DNA of 64,000 bases from Eledone cirrhosa (GCA_964016885.1 OZ024740.1:23560001-23624000), one strand, 5' to 3'. Positions 25,651-41,900 are shown, numbered from the stretch's first letter. Made by a program: numbers and translations. Notes: generated from the letters alone by a model not told the origin.

Positions 25651-25894
25651 TGATTAAAGGCTGAGAGCGTTTCAACCTCATTTACATATTCATCCTAAAG
25701 ATTTGAAATGTTTCTTTCATTATCCAAACTGAACCTAAACTGATAAGGTCTGGTTATAAAACAAATTTTGTATTTTATCTGATGAGAGCGTACTAAAATT
25801 TAGGTACCCTTGAAATATATATAATAAAATAAATATGGTTTTATAAATATAGTTTCCATTTATTAATATCATTGATATATATATACATATATAT

Positions 25895-26379
25895 AACGGC
25901 GATGAATTAGTTTTGCGAGGTTTTTGATATGAAATCGTGTGTCGAAACAAATATTGTTATACTTGGAGAGGGACATATTTGTGTAATAATATTGCCAGAA
26001 TTAATAACAGAACACAGTCGTTGTTTGGTTGGTTTTCGCTTCTGTGTCTTTTATATCGGTTAATTTAATTTATTCGGTCCTCAATGTTACCATTGACTGA
26101 CCAATGGTCAAAAATACAGATATAATATAGACACAAACACATATATATAGTCTAACAAATTCTTCCGTTGCACATCTGCAACATCGTCAATGGTGGTATT
26201 ATGTTTCCTCATGTTGTATTGTATGCCTGACCGTTGGTCAGTCAATGGTAACATTGAGGACCGAATAAATTAAATTAACCGATATAAAAGACACAGAAGC
26301 GAAAACCAACCAAACAGTCAGCGTGTTCTGTTATTAATTCGGTCAATATTATTACACAAATATGACCCTCCCCAAGTAT

Positions 26380-26385
<6 letters not shown>
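25895..26385. mobile_element. Fold-back solo pLTR of the PLE family at 34.9-36.7 kb
   Basis: About 25951-26110 is inverted relative to about 26228-26385; the arms match about 36585-36743. The loop holds a decayed minus-strand copy of the hammerhead-like motif (about 26148-26198). Flanked by (TA)n. Confidence 0.88.
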
Positions 26386-26432
<47 letters not shown>

Positions 26433-26714
26433 GAATAAAATGGTCGTAATGGCGGATGATTAAGGAACTTATCTTTATTTAAAGATAAATAAAGATATTA
26501 CCTAGAATGAAGGACTAGTGGTATCGTTAGAGTATCAGACAGGATATATCGCTCTTTGTGCTCTGATTTTAAAACTAGTTGTGGCCTAATATTTTGATAA
26601 ATTCATCCGTCGTATGGTTTAATAACGCCGACTGTCCATTGGGTGAATTTAGAAAATCCCACTCTTTTGCAGGGATTCGGGCTTGGACTCTGGATTAAAG
26701 ATAATTCAAACAAT

Positions 26715-27118
26715 AATAATTGTTTCTAATTTTGGCCAAGGCCAGTCATTACTGGTACTTTATTTTATCGACCCCGTAACGATGAAAGGCAAAGTTAACC
26801 TTGACGGGATTTAAACTCAGATCGTAAAGGGTCGCAACTATGCTAGAAAGCATGGCGTCCGACCCTCTACCGTTACTGCCCAATTCACCTGCGTTCAAAC
26901 AATAATAATGTTCTCTAATTTTGGGGAAGCGGAAGTCGATGAAATGGACCTCAGTGCATTACTGCTGCTATATTTTATCGAACACTGTAAGAAATGAAAG
27001 ACAAACTAACCGGCAAACTAACCGGCAAACTAACCGGAATTTGAACTCAGAACGGAAAGAGACGTAACTATATCGCTACGCATGGAAGCCGACGCTCTAA
27101 CGATTCTGCCAGTCCACC
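26715..27118 (-). mobile_element. Two tandem tRNA-derived SINE copies (minus strand)
   Basis: Reverse complements of the SINE core (CTGGTACTTTATTTTATCGACCCC; ATTTGAACTCAG) at about 26715-26890 and about 26920-27118. Confidence 0.82.
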
Positions 27119-27779
27119 CTTGTAGTAAATAGATGTAAAAATCAATTGAATATGATGAATGATATATCATTCTAAGAAATAAAAAAAACACAAAACAAAA
27201 CAGAACAAAAATAAGAAAAAAGATAGGAAATAAAATAAGTCGATAAGAATAAAACTCAAAATTCAGAGACAGAACCGACCCACCTCCACTCCACCAAAAT
27301 GCAGAAAGTCTTTTGTGAGACATAGAAATATTATTTTGGTTTGGTTTTAAAAATAGAAGACATTCCTGTTGTTAGGGGTAGAGAACGTTTCTATTATATT
27401 TTTGATATTTTCAACTTCCCAACATTTGTTTCAAAGTAAGAATAAAAATTTCAAAATGATAAAGACAAAAACAAGAACAAAAATACCTAAATAACGCAAA
27501 AATGCCCACAATGTATTACTGAGAAAAAAAGATTGTAGAAACGAAGGTAAGGAAAAGGAAAAAAATGAGGCAAGATAAAACAAAGGGTGGGGCGTGGAGG
27601 TAGATAAAGACAGTAGATCAATGCAAGCAAAAATAAAGAAGACATTTAATATATTGGATTTCATCCGGCGGTAGTTTCTAAGTGAAGGTGGCTCCATCTA
27701 GGCTAAAATTTATCTTACGGCTAAAACAGACATAAATATTCCAACGGGATTATGGATAGATGTATATGTACATGTATGT

Positions 27780-29530
<1,751 letters not shown>

Positions 29531-30931
29531 AATGCCCCTCTCTCTCTATCCCATCTCTACTCTCTATGCCTCTCTCCTAATTCTTATTGTGCACCATTCA
29601 TCTCGTACTTCAATAATTCTGTCGTATTTTTTATCTTTTTATGGCTTTGTTTCCCTTCCTTGTTTTTCTTTTTCTCATTTTGCTTTCCATTTATTATTAT
29701 CATGTTTGTTTTCATTTTTGTCCTCCCATTACATTTAAATCCTCTCTTTACAAGATTTAGGACTACTAGAAAGACGTTGCATGCTGTAAAAGGTTTTATC
29801 TTACACTATATTACAAATTTTAGCAAAAATTAAAGAACTACTCTATCCTACATTGTCTCTATCTATTTCTAGCCCCTCTCTGCTCTGTATCTAGTTATTG
29901 TTTCCTTATTGCAATCCCTAAAATGAGATTATTGAGCCTGCTATGGTTTAAGTCATGCAACAAAGATAAAACTTGACGGTTCCTCTGCTGAAGGAAAGAG
30001 CCGATATTTTGCTCGGACTAAAACCACTATATATCCAATTGTCTTGCCATTGCTGATACTATTTTTCGGCCCCAAATCTCGGAAAAGGTATCGCTGTTTT
30101 TCTTATGACCAGGGGCGAACGTAACTCTAAAACACAAAATAGGGGGTCAGTTTATATTCAGATATATTTGAATATATTTGAATATATTTCTTGTAGAGAC
30201 CTGTAAATAGAAGTGATCCTTAACTGATATGGTCACTGGACCAGCTAGAAATAAAAGCCAAATCTATTGCAAAACATGCCCTAACAACTTAAAAATGAAA
30301 ATACACTGAATAATATAGTCCAAGATATCTATCCATCTATCCATTATAAGACCATAACTCATTATGGAGTTGTAGGACTGCTGTTATGACACAGTGTTAG
30401 ACATTTAAACCTGACAGAGCTCCTCACTCTCCAGTCCGAACACAGCTGATTTCGTCTCCAAAAAGAGAGTGTGAGAGAGGGAAGGCGAGTTATAAAGAGA
30501 TAAAGCGGAAGAACCGACCCCAGTCCCAGATTGTAAGGCAACCCATCTGACATTTTAACAATTTTGCCAATCATATATTGGCAGAATATCTAAAGCGTCA
30601 GAACGGAATTATATTGAGTTTACAAGTGACTATGGAATACTCAACCACTTTCACGTCAATTCACGAGTTGGATGTATAGTTAATTGAAGAACTAAATATT
30701 AAGTTTCAGGTATACTGTATATTTTTGCCAGAGTGGAACATTGGAGTCTCTGGTGAGAGCGATCCCCATAAAACTGCAATAGAACTATATTATATACATA
30801 CAAATATATATAAAGGTAGAACACTGGAAGGCAATATCCGTAGTGGCAGAGCAATCAGTCCATGGGATGAGTTTGGTAGAAGTAGTAATACAACAGTTAG
30901 TTCACCATGCGGATCTTCAGCTCGGACCAGT

Positions 30932-30972
30932 CCGAGCTGAAGATCCGCATAAGTTGAAACAATTGTTCTCGG
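30932..30972 (+). ncRNA. Minimal hammerhead ribozyme motif in a fold-back element (30876-31006)
   Basis: CCGAG-CTGAAGA-tccgcataagtt-GAAA-CAATTG-TT-CTCGG; 5-bp stem I and palindromic stem III, but stem II is poorly paired. Confidence 0.65.
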
Positions 30973-31521
30973 CATGGTGAACTCACTGTTATATTACTAC
31001 TTCTATCTATTAGACACGCAGTGACTAACAACAGAATGTTTTAAATCTGCGTGTCTGATATGTCTTCTGTGACATACATGAGTAGCTTGTGAATAAACAT
31101 TTCGCTGGCCGTGGTGATGCCTCCCAAACATCTTTTGTAATGTATCGTCTTATTGGCTAGTTTCATCATCTTATTGGCTAATCAACCAACGAGAGTAATT
31201 GTTGCTCAAAAGCATCCGCCACTTTGTTTCCACGTTTATTTATCGGTTCCCTTTCGAATCTTCCTCCAGTATTTCGTCGTTTTATCATCAAAATATTTTT
31301 CTCGTTTTGGTAAATTATATTGTTAATTTATATATGATTTTTTATATTTATATTAACTATTAAAAGTCTGAAAATATTTTCATACATCTTACAATAATAT
31401 TTATAAGATCATTTATAAAATAACAATTATATAATCTAATTACATTACAACGATAATTTATTATTAATATATATCATGTTTAACTAGAGTTATTACAAGC
31501 GTTGCCTTCAACAAATATTAA

Positions 31522-32292
31522 ACTAGACCTGAAAAATGCGCAAGCTCAAAAGAACCACAGAATGTTAAAATAAACCTTCAAAAGTGTGGGACTAGAGTTG
31601 TTGCTCAAAAATATTGTAATCATTATCTATCGTACACTCTGTGGCATCCTTTTATAAAAAAGATACTCATAATGAACTCAAGACGACACGATAATTATTT
31701 AATGAATTTATAATATAGAATTCGGTTTAAGTACATTACGTATTAATCATTACTAAACATCTAATATGAGATATTGAACATTAGCTTAAATAATTATCGC
31801 GTCGTCTTGAGTTCGTTATGAGTCTCTTTTTACAAAAGGATGCCACAGAGTGTACGATAGATAACGATTACTATATTTTTGAGCCACAACTCTAGTCCCA
31901 CACTTTTGAAGGTTTATTATAACATTCTGTTGCTCTTTTGACATTGCGCATTTTTCAGGTCTATATATATACTAGACCTGAAAAATGTGCAAGGTCAAAA
32001 GAGCTGCAGAATGTTATAATAAACCTTCAAAAGTGTGCGACTAGAGTTTTTGCTAAAAAATATAGTAATCATTATCTATCGTAAACTCTATGGCATCCTT
32101 TTATAAAAAAGAGACACATAACGAACTCAAGACGACACGATAATTATTTAAGCTAATGTTCAATATCTCATGTTATATGTTTAGTAATGATTAATACGAA
32201 ATGTACTTAAACCGAATTCTATATTATAAATTCATTAAATAATTATCGTGTCGTCTTGAGTTCATTATGAGTCTCTTTTTTGTAAAAGGATA
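31522..32292. repeat. Nested direct/inverted duplication (double fold-back)
   Basis: An about 180-bp unit ACTAGACCTGAAAAATG…GATAATTATTT at about 31522 (+), about 31790-31962 (-), about 31971 (+) and partially at about 32237-32290 (-); the two spacers are also mutually inverted. Confidence 0.88.
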
Positions 32293-32307
32293 TATATATA
32301 TATATAC

Positions 32308-32607
32308 AGAATAGAAAACGGGAAAATCAGCGATGCATCTGAACTCAATTTATTGTGTGTTACAATTGTTTCGCCGGCGGACAGCTCGAGACGTGATCAT
32401 TGTGTGGATCTGTTTGATTCTGGACCCGCAGGTTCGACGGACACGTCTAATGATGCTACGAAATCATTAGACGTGTCCGTCAAACCTGCAGGTCCAGAAT
32501 CAAACAGATCCACACAATGATCGCGTCTCGAGCTGTCCGCCGGCGAAACAATTGTAAAACACAATAAATTGAGTTCAGATGCATCGGTGATTTTTCGTTT
32601 TCTATTC
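32308..32607. mobile_element. (TA)n-flanked about 145-bp-arm palindrome
   Basis: 32308-32453 is the reverse complement of 32464-32607; contains GAAA-CAATTG-TA followed by AATAAA. Confidence 0.88.
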
Positions 32608-32693
32608 TATCATACTCTGCTCTGTAAGAGCATAGAGTGCTCAACCGGCATACCGCCTATGGAAGCATCTTAGCCACCATCACCCCCCCCCCC

Positions 32694-32743
<50 letters not shown>

Positions 32744-32749
32744 AATAAA

Positions 32750-33708
<959 letters not shown>

Positions 33709-33904
33709 GTGATGCTTCTTTACAAAATGAATAAAAACCGATGTGTCCTACACGAGTGAAAGTATAAGGAAAAAAGATGAAATCGAAAATGCAACTGGAG
33801 TCTTTTTTTTAAAATATATATTTATTTGGTTCCTTTACCGGTTTCTCAGTTCTTCTGCTTTTCAAAAGTGGAATTGAAATGGAGGGTTTGAGGTCTTTCT
33901 CACA

Positions 33905-33968
<64 letters not shown>

Positions 33969-34006
33969 AAGTTATATTTAAAATTGTTGGGTTACAACTA
34001 GTAAAT

Positions 34007-34067
<61 letters not shown>

Positions 34068-34074
34068 ATAATAA

Positions 34075-34875
34075 TAAATTTAAAGACTAAAATCCAAAGA
34101 GGGCTCGATAAGGATATATCAAATATATAAGAAGCGTAGAGCAAATATTTAGTAAAATAACAGATTAAAGATTAAGCAAAGAATCGCTGCTTTCACCCTT
34201 AACGGGATCTTCTGAAACTAACAAAGTCAATCTGTAAACGCAGAAGTGGATATTTCAAAAAACGTTGCAACCGGAGGAAGACAGGAAGACGATACTTTGG
34301 TTCGTGGAAACGTTCCCTGGCAAAGAACGGGAAAAAACGAATATTATACGTCATTAATAGGAGCGGTGAAAAACAATTACGCGCAAAGACAGAACCACGT
34401 TTATGGTATAAAAGAAGTCGTAGACTAATGTTCTCTTATGTGGTTCATAGAGACGTTCTCTGGCAATGAAGGGAAAAAACGAAGATAATACGTCGTATGT
34501 GGATCGTGGAGAACAATTGCACGCAAAGACAAAAGCACGTAAATAGTATAGCTGAAGTCGTAGACTAAAATTCTAACTAGGAAACCGAATGAATCTCTGC
34601 TTCAGAGTTAAGAATAAAGTAAATAAAATACAATACAGAGGTAATAGAAATTAAATAAATACATACGCGCATGCAAATACGTACATACACAAGCATACGC
34701 GAAAACACTTGCCATAGGTATACAAAACCACGCACATATAAATATGTGTGTGTTTGCCAGGGAACGTTTCGACGAACCAAAGTATCGTCTTCCTGTGTTC
34801 CTCCGGTTGCAACGTTTTTTGAAATATCCACTTCTGCGTTTACATATTGACTTTGTTAGTTTCAGAAGATCCCGT
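34075..34875. mobile_element. Fold-back pLTR-like segment abutting the PLE ORF
   Basis: About 34202-34322 is inverted at about 34755-34875; internal tandem duplication of about 140 bp (34310-34570); a homologous fragment lies at 11046-11105. Confidence 0.72.
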
Positions 34876-36239
34876 CGCACATGCAATAGGGGCTAGTATC
34901 AAAACTACCCTAAAGGGCCACATATTCAAGTTCAACGAGAAGATCTACACCCAAAATGAGGGAGCAGCCATTGGCGTCAGCATAGCTGGTGATGTTGCCA
35001 ACCTTTTAATGGTATGGTGGGAAAGGAGACTTAAAGATCTCCTTAATGAGAGCTCCATAGACCTCATCATGTTCTCTCGTTACGTAGACGATATCAATAT
35101 AGTTATAAGAACATCCCCACTAGAGAGCACTAACAAGTTTGATTTAGAACGTAGCACAATGGAAAGCATCCAGCAGATAGCTAATTCCATACACCAGAGT
35201 ATAACTGTAACTATCGACTACCCTTCCAAACACCCTAACAATAGACTACCTGTATTAGACACGGAACTCTGGATTAACACTATAGACGAGAGAGCCCAAA
35301 TTCTCCACTCACACTATGCTAAACCCATGGCCTCCAAATACCTGATACTCAAAACTCAGCAATGTCCAGTAGTGCTAAGTTTAATATTCTGATCGCAGAT
35401 TTGGTACAAGTGATGAATAATGTGTCCCGCATGTGCGACCCAACAGAAATGGAAAGACACATCCAACACTTCATCAACCGCATGCAGTTCTTTGGCTACA
35501 ACCAAAGAGAGAGAGAGTCAGAGTATACGAAGGAGCCATGGAGAAGTATAAGACCCTCATAGAACTGGACAGGAAAGGAAATTGCCCATTATACAGGAGC
35601 AAATCATGGAATAGCTTAGATAGGGCTAGGCATAAGATAGAGAAAGCCACCTCATGGTACGACAACCAGAGATACCAGAGTGTCATGTTTGTGGACGCTG
35701 CCCCTGGAGGGAAATTAGCTAACCAGTGTAAAAAGACCCTGAGAAAGACCCACTTAAAGATTGAGGTGGTAGAAAAGCCAGGAACCACCATAAAATCCCT
35801 GATCAGAAAAACCTACCCTTTAAAGAAAACCCACTGTACTAATAGGAAATGTATCATATGTAAGGTAAACCCCCGGATAAACTGTAAAACTAGAAACGTA
35901 ATCTATAGCATAAGATGTACAGAGGGTACTTGCAGAAACATGACAACAACATACATAGGTGAGACAGCTCGTAACATAGGTGAAAGGATAGACCAACACT
36001 GGGGCGAACTAAAAGGACGAAAAAACGGTTCAGTACTATACGAACATGCCATACAATAACACGACGGTAATATAGACAACATAGAAATAAGAAAAATATC
36101 TAAACATAGAAATGACCCAGCAGATAGGCAAATCAGAGAGGCCAGTGAAATAGAACTTAGAAGTCCAAGGCTAAACAGAAAGAATGAATGGAATAACAAC
36201 AACACCCAAACAAACAACACTGACCTAAGAGAAGTATAA
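34876..36239 (+). pseudogene. PLE reverse transcriptase-GIY-YIG endonuclease, disrupted
   Basis: FKFNEKIYTQNEGAAIG, RYVDD, LPVLD (RT); Cys-rich linker CTNRKCIIC…NC; VIYSIRC…YIGET…ERIDQH; past the TAA at 36057-36059 the frame continues REASEI…LNRKNEW to 36239. Frameshifts near 35350 and 35510. The Cys-rich linker suggests a Neptune/Nematis-type element. Confidence 0.92.
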
Positions 36240-36492
36240 ATAAATAGATAAATAAATAAATAAATACATACACAAGCACAATAACAACAAACACATATAA
36301 ACACATACTAGTAAAATTAGAATACATTAACCAATACACTGTCACCCAATCACGAACACACATCAAAGAAAACACTATACACACACGCAAACGCATGTGC
36401 AAAGAGGACAACATAAAATAAACTAATAAATAAATATATAAACAGACTAAATAAAGATGGCGTAGGAAATACAATACAACGGGAGGAAACAA

Positions 36493-36544
36493 TAGCACCA
36501 CTGACGATGTTGCGGATGTACAACGAAAGAACTTTGATAAACTA
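36493..36544 (+). ncRNA. Hammerhead-like motif in the PLE pLTR
   Basis: CTGACGA-T-GTTGCG(gatg)TACAAC-GAAA-GAAC-TT; core boxes are intact, stems I and III are weak. Confidence 0.55.
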
Positions 36545-37102
36545 TATATATGTGTTTGTGTCTATATTGTATCTGTATTATTTTTGACCGTTGGTCAGTC
36601 AATGGCAACATTGAGGACCGAATAAATTAGATTACCGATATAAAAGACACAGAAGCGAAAAACGAAAACCAACCAAACAGTGAGTGTGTTGTTATTAATT
36701 CTGGCAATATTACACAAATATGACCCTCCCCAAGTATAACAATATATATTTATATATATATTTAAATTAATAAATATAGAATATATATTCCCTTAAAACT
36801 ACAATAGTACTTATATTAATTTAATCCGAAAGAAGAACAAAGTTGATCCCTGCAAAATTTGAATTCGGAGTGAAGCTTAACAGAATAGATGCCTCAGCCT
36901 CAACTCCTTTAAATCGACGTTCTAAGCACATGTCTCTCTCAGGGAGATTGAGGAAGTATATCGGTAGTGTCTGTAGTCACTACCTTAAATCCATAGTTTC
37001 GCTTCTGTATCTTTCATACCTCCATAGTTATTTATTTGGCAATCAAAGTTTATCATTGATTGCACACGGTTAAAACTACAGATATAAATATATAGTTATT
37101 TA

Positions 37103-37154
37103 TAGTCTATCAAAGTTCTTTCGTTGCACATCTGCAACATCATCAGTGGTACTA
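37103..37154 (-). ncRNA. Hammerhead-like motif, related pLTR copy
   Basis: Minus strand TAGTACCA-CTGATGA-T-GTTGCA(gatg)TGCAAC-GAAA-GAAC-TT-TGATAGACTA; perfect 6-bp stem II. Confidence 0.6.
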
Positions 37155-38237
37155 TTATTATGTACCCTCCTATTGTATTGTATTGTAATGTACACGCTAT
37201 TTATATATATATGAATGTGTGTGAGCGTCTGAAGAAATATACACGTGTCTGTGTGTCTTTATATAGAAGTTTTACGTCTTGTACAAGAGAATTATTCGAT
37301 AATAACTTAGTTCATTGGACCATTTCCTACTTCTTTTACCAAATTAAACTATACAAAAACAACAACAGCAACAAACACAGCAACATCAACCCACACCACC
37401 ACCAACAACCACAGCCACAAAAACCACAGCAACAATAACCACACCACCAACAACAACAATAGCAGCAAGAAAGGAAATGAAATATCTAAAGAACCATTTC
37501 CAATTAATCAAAAAGAGGATAAATAAAGATAAAAACACCGAAAGACACAGACAAACACATAAAAAGCAAATCAACATTTATACAGTCAAGCGGAGAAAAC
37601 ACCAACAAACACAACAAAAGCTAGAGCAACAAAAACAGCAAAGACATCGAAAAGATGAAAATACATCAAACGCCATATTGGATATCACATTGCGTCTATA
37701 TTACGATTGTGCCCAGAAGTTCTGTTCGCCATTTTGCTCAATTGATATGCTAGGTCACGTGATAAAACGGGCAAAGCTGAAAGTCACGACCTTGCCACAT
37801 CCAGCATTTTTCAGGTGAATCAATTTGATTGGCTTCTCGTGTGTCTCTATAAATGATCTAATAACAAACATTAAAAACCTTTAGCTTGCCACTGTCATCG
37901 TTTGCCAAGCAGCACATCTCTAATCTTATTAAAGTCCGCTGATTATTTTTACTCGTTTGCGTCTCTAATCCACACGATACGGCTGTGTTTAAGAGATTTG
38001 ATATAATACTCTGCTATCAACTTAGAAGAGAGAAGCGGCTGGTTGTTGTTGGGTTTGTGTCTGAGGGCTGGAGATGGAGTTGTTGTAGGTAGGACGACGG
38101 AGACTACAGAGAGGGAGATCAAATTAGATTGTTTTATTTATTTATTTATTTATTTATTTCTACGTGTATTGTTTCCGTTTTTGATTTTCTTCTTAATATT
38201 TACCCACTCCCTCCCCCCGCTATCCATTTTACGTACG

Positions 38238-38680
<443 letters not shown>

Positions 38681-38985
38681 AAGAAAGCAAGGATAATTGT
38701 TGTGAGTTAAATTGATTCTGGAAATGATACCCCGAACGACCATTGCTAACTGTAAATTGAGAAAGAAAGAGAAAACCTATACCATCTCATTATCAGGCAG
38801 AACGAGATGATATGGCGAAACGACAGCAGAAAAATTGCTGTTACAGCTATTTATTTCCACAATTAGTAAACGTATTCTCCGGGTGTATGAATAATAACGA
38901 TCACATTAATATTAGGAATAACAACAACAACAGTAACAACAAAAACGACGACATCGGCAACAAAAGCAGCAAAAGCAAAAAAAGG

Positions 38986-41900
38986 CATCAACAACAACAT
39001 ATACAACAGCAACAACAACAACAACATATACAACAGCAACAACAACAACATATACAACAGCAACAACAACATATACAACAGCAACAACATATACAACAGC
39101 ATCAACAACAACATATACAACAGCAACAACAACATCATATACAACAGCAACAACAACATCATATACAACAGCAACAACAACATCATATACAACAGCATCA
39201 ACAACACCATATACAACAGCAACAACAACAAAATATACAACAGCAACAACAACAACATATACAACAGCAACAACAACAACATATACAACAGCAACAACAA
39301 CATCATATACAACAGCAACAACAACATCATATACAACAGCATCAACAACACCATATACATCAGCAACAACAACAAAATATACAACAGCAACAACAACAAC
39401 ATATACAACAGCAACAACAACAACATATACAACAGCAACAACAACAACATATACAACAGCAACAACAACCAACTATACAACAGCAACAACAACAAAATAT
39501 ACAACAGCAACAACAACAACATATACAACAGCAACAACAACAACATATACAACAGCAACAACAACAACAACATATACAACAGCAACAACAACAACATATA
39601 CAACAGCATCAACAACAACATATACAACAGCAACAACAACATCATATACAACAGCAACAACAACATCATATACAACAGCAACAACAACATCATATACAAC
39701 AGCATCAACAACACCATATACAACAGCAACAACAACAACATATACAACAGCAACAACAACAACATATACAACAGCAACAACAACATCATATACAACAGCA
39801 ACAACAACATCATATACAACAGCAACAACAACATCATATACAACAGCATCAACAACAACATATACAACAGCAACAACAACAACATATACAACAGCAACAA
39901 CAACAACATATACAACAACAACAACATATACAACAACAACAACATATACAACAGCAACAACAACAAAATATACAACAGCAACAACAACATATACAACAGC
40001 AACAACAACAACATATACAACAACAACATCTTATACAACAGAAACAACAACACCATATACAACAGCATCAACAACAACATATACAACATCATCAACAACA
40101 TGATATACAACAGCATCAACAACACCATATACACCAGCAACAACAACATCATATACAACAGCATCAACGACAACATATACAACAGCAACAACAACAACAT
40201 ATACAACAGCAACAACATATACAACAGCAACAACAACAACATATAAAACAGCAACAACAACATCATATACAACAGGATCAACAACACCATATACAACAGC
40301 AACAACAACATCATATACAACAGCAACAACAACAACATATACAACAGCAACAACAACAACATATACAACAGCAACAACAACAACGTATACAACAGCATCA
40401 ACAACAACATATACAACAGCATCAACAACAACATATACAACAGCAACAACAACAACATAATAACAGCAACAACAACAACATATACAACAGCAACAACAAC
40501 AACATATTCAACAGCAACAACAACAACATATACAACAGCAACAACAACAACATATACAACAGCAACAACAACACCATATACAACATCATCAACAACATCA
40601 TATACAACAGCATCAACAACAACATATACAACAGCAACAACAACAACATATACAACAGCAACAACAACAACATATACAACAGCAACAACAACATCATATA
40701 CAACAGCATCAACAACACCATATACACCAGCAACAACAACAACATATACAACAGCATCAACAACAACATATACAACAGCATCAACAACAACATATACAAC
40801 AGCAACAACAACAACATATACAACAGCAACAACAACAACATATACAACATCATCAACAACAACATATACAACAGCAACAACAACAACATATACAACAGCA
40901 ACAACAACAACATATACAACAGCAACAACAACACCATATACGACAGCATCAACAACATCATATACAACAGCATCAACAACAACATATACAACAGCAACAA
41001 CAACAACACATACAACAGCAACAACAACAACATATACAACAGCAACAACAACATCATATACAACAGCATCAACAACACCATATACAACAGCAACAACAAC
41101 AACCTATACAACAGCATCAACAACAACATATACAACAGCATCAACAACAACATATACAACAGCAACAACAACAACATATACAACAGCATCAACAACAACA
41201 TATACAACAGCAACAACAACAACATATACAACAGCAACAACAACATATACAACAGCATCAACAACACCATATACAACAGCATCAACAACACCGTATACAA
41301 CAGCATCAACAACATCATATACAACAGCATCAACAACACCATATACAACAGCAACAACAACAACATATACAACAGCAACAACAACAACATATACAACAGC
41401 ATCAACAACAACATATACAACAGCAACAACAACACCATATACAACAGCAACAACAACAACATATACAAGAGCAACAACAACAACATATACAACAGCATCA
41501 ACAACATCATATAAAACAGCAACAACAACAACATATACAACAGCATCAACAACAACATATACAACAGCATCAACAACACCATATACAACAGCATCAACAA
41601 CAACATATACAACAGCATCAACAACAACATTTACAACAGCATCAACAACAACATATACAACAGCATCAACAACAACATATACAACAGCAACAGCAACAAC
41701 ATATACAACAGCAACAACAACAACATATACAACAGCAACAACAACATCATATACAACAGCATCAACAACATCATATACAACAGCATCAACAACAACATAT
41801 ACAACAGCATCAACAACAACATATACAACAGCAACAACAACAACATATAGAACAGCAACAAAAACAACATATACAACAGCAACAACAACACCATATACAA

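Larger units (their letters stand above)
34876..36745 (+). mobile_element. 5'-truncated Penelope-like retroelement (RT + C-terminal GIY-YIG, 3' pLTR)
   Basis: Pseudo-ORF followed by a CA-rich 3' region and a pLTR with a hammerhead-like motif, ending in a TA-rich tract. Confidence 0.92.

Noticed and set aside
36057-36059. In-frame stop in the PLE ORF as selenocysteine recoding (as in Naiad PLEs)
   Set aside because: The stop is TAA, not TGA; the ORF also has frameshifts, and the endonuclease is C-terminal, unlike Naiads.
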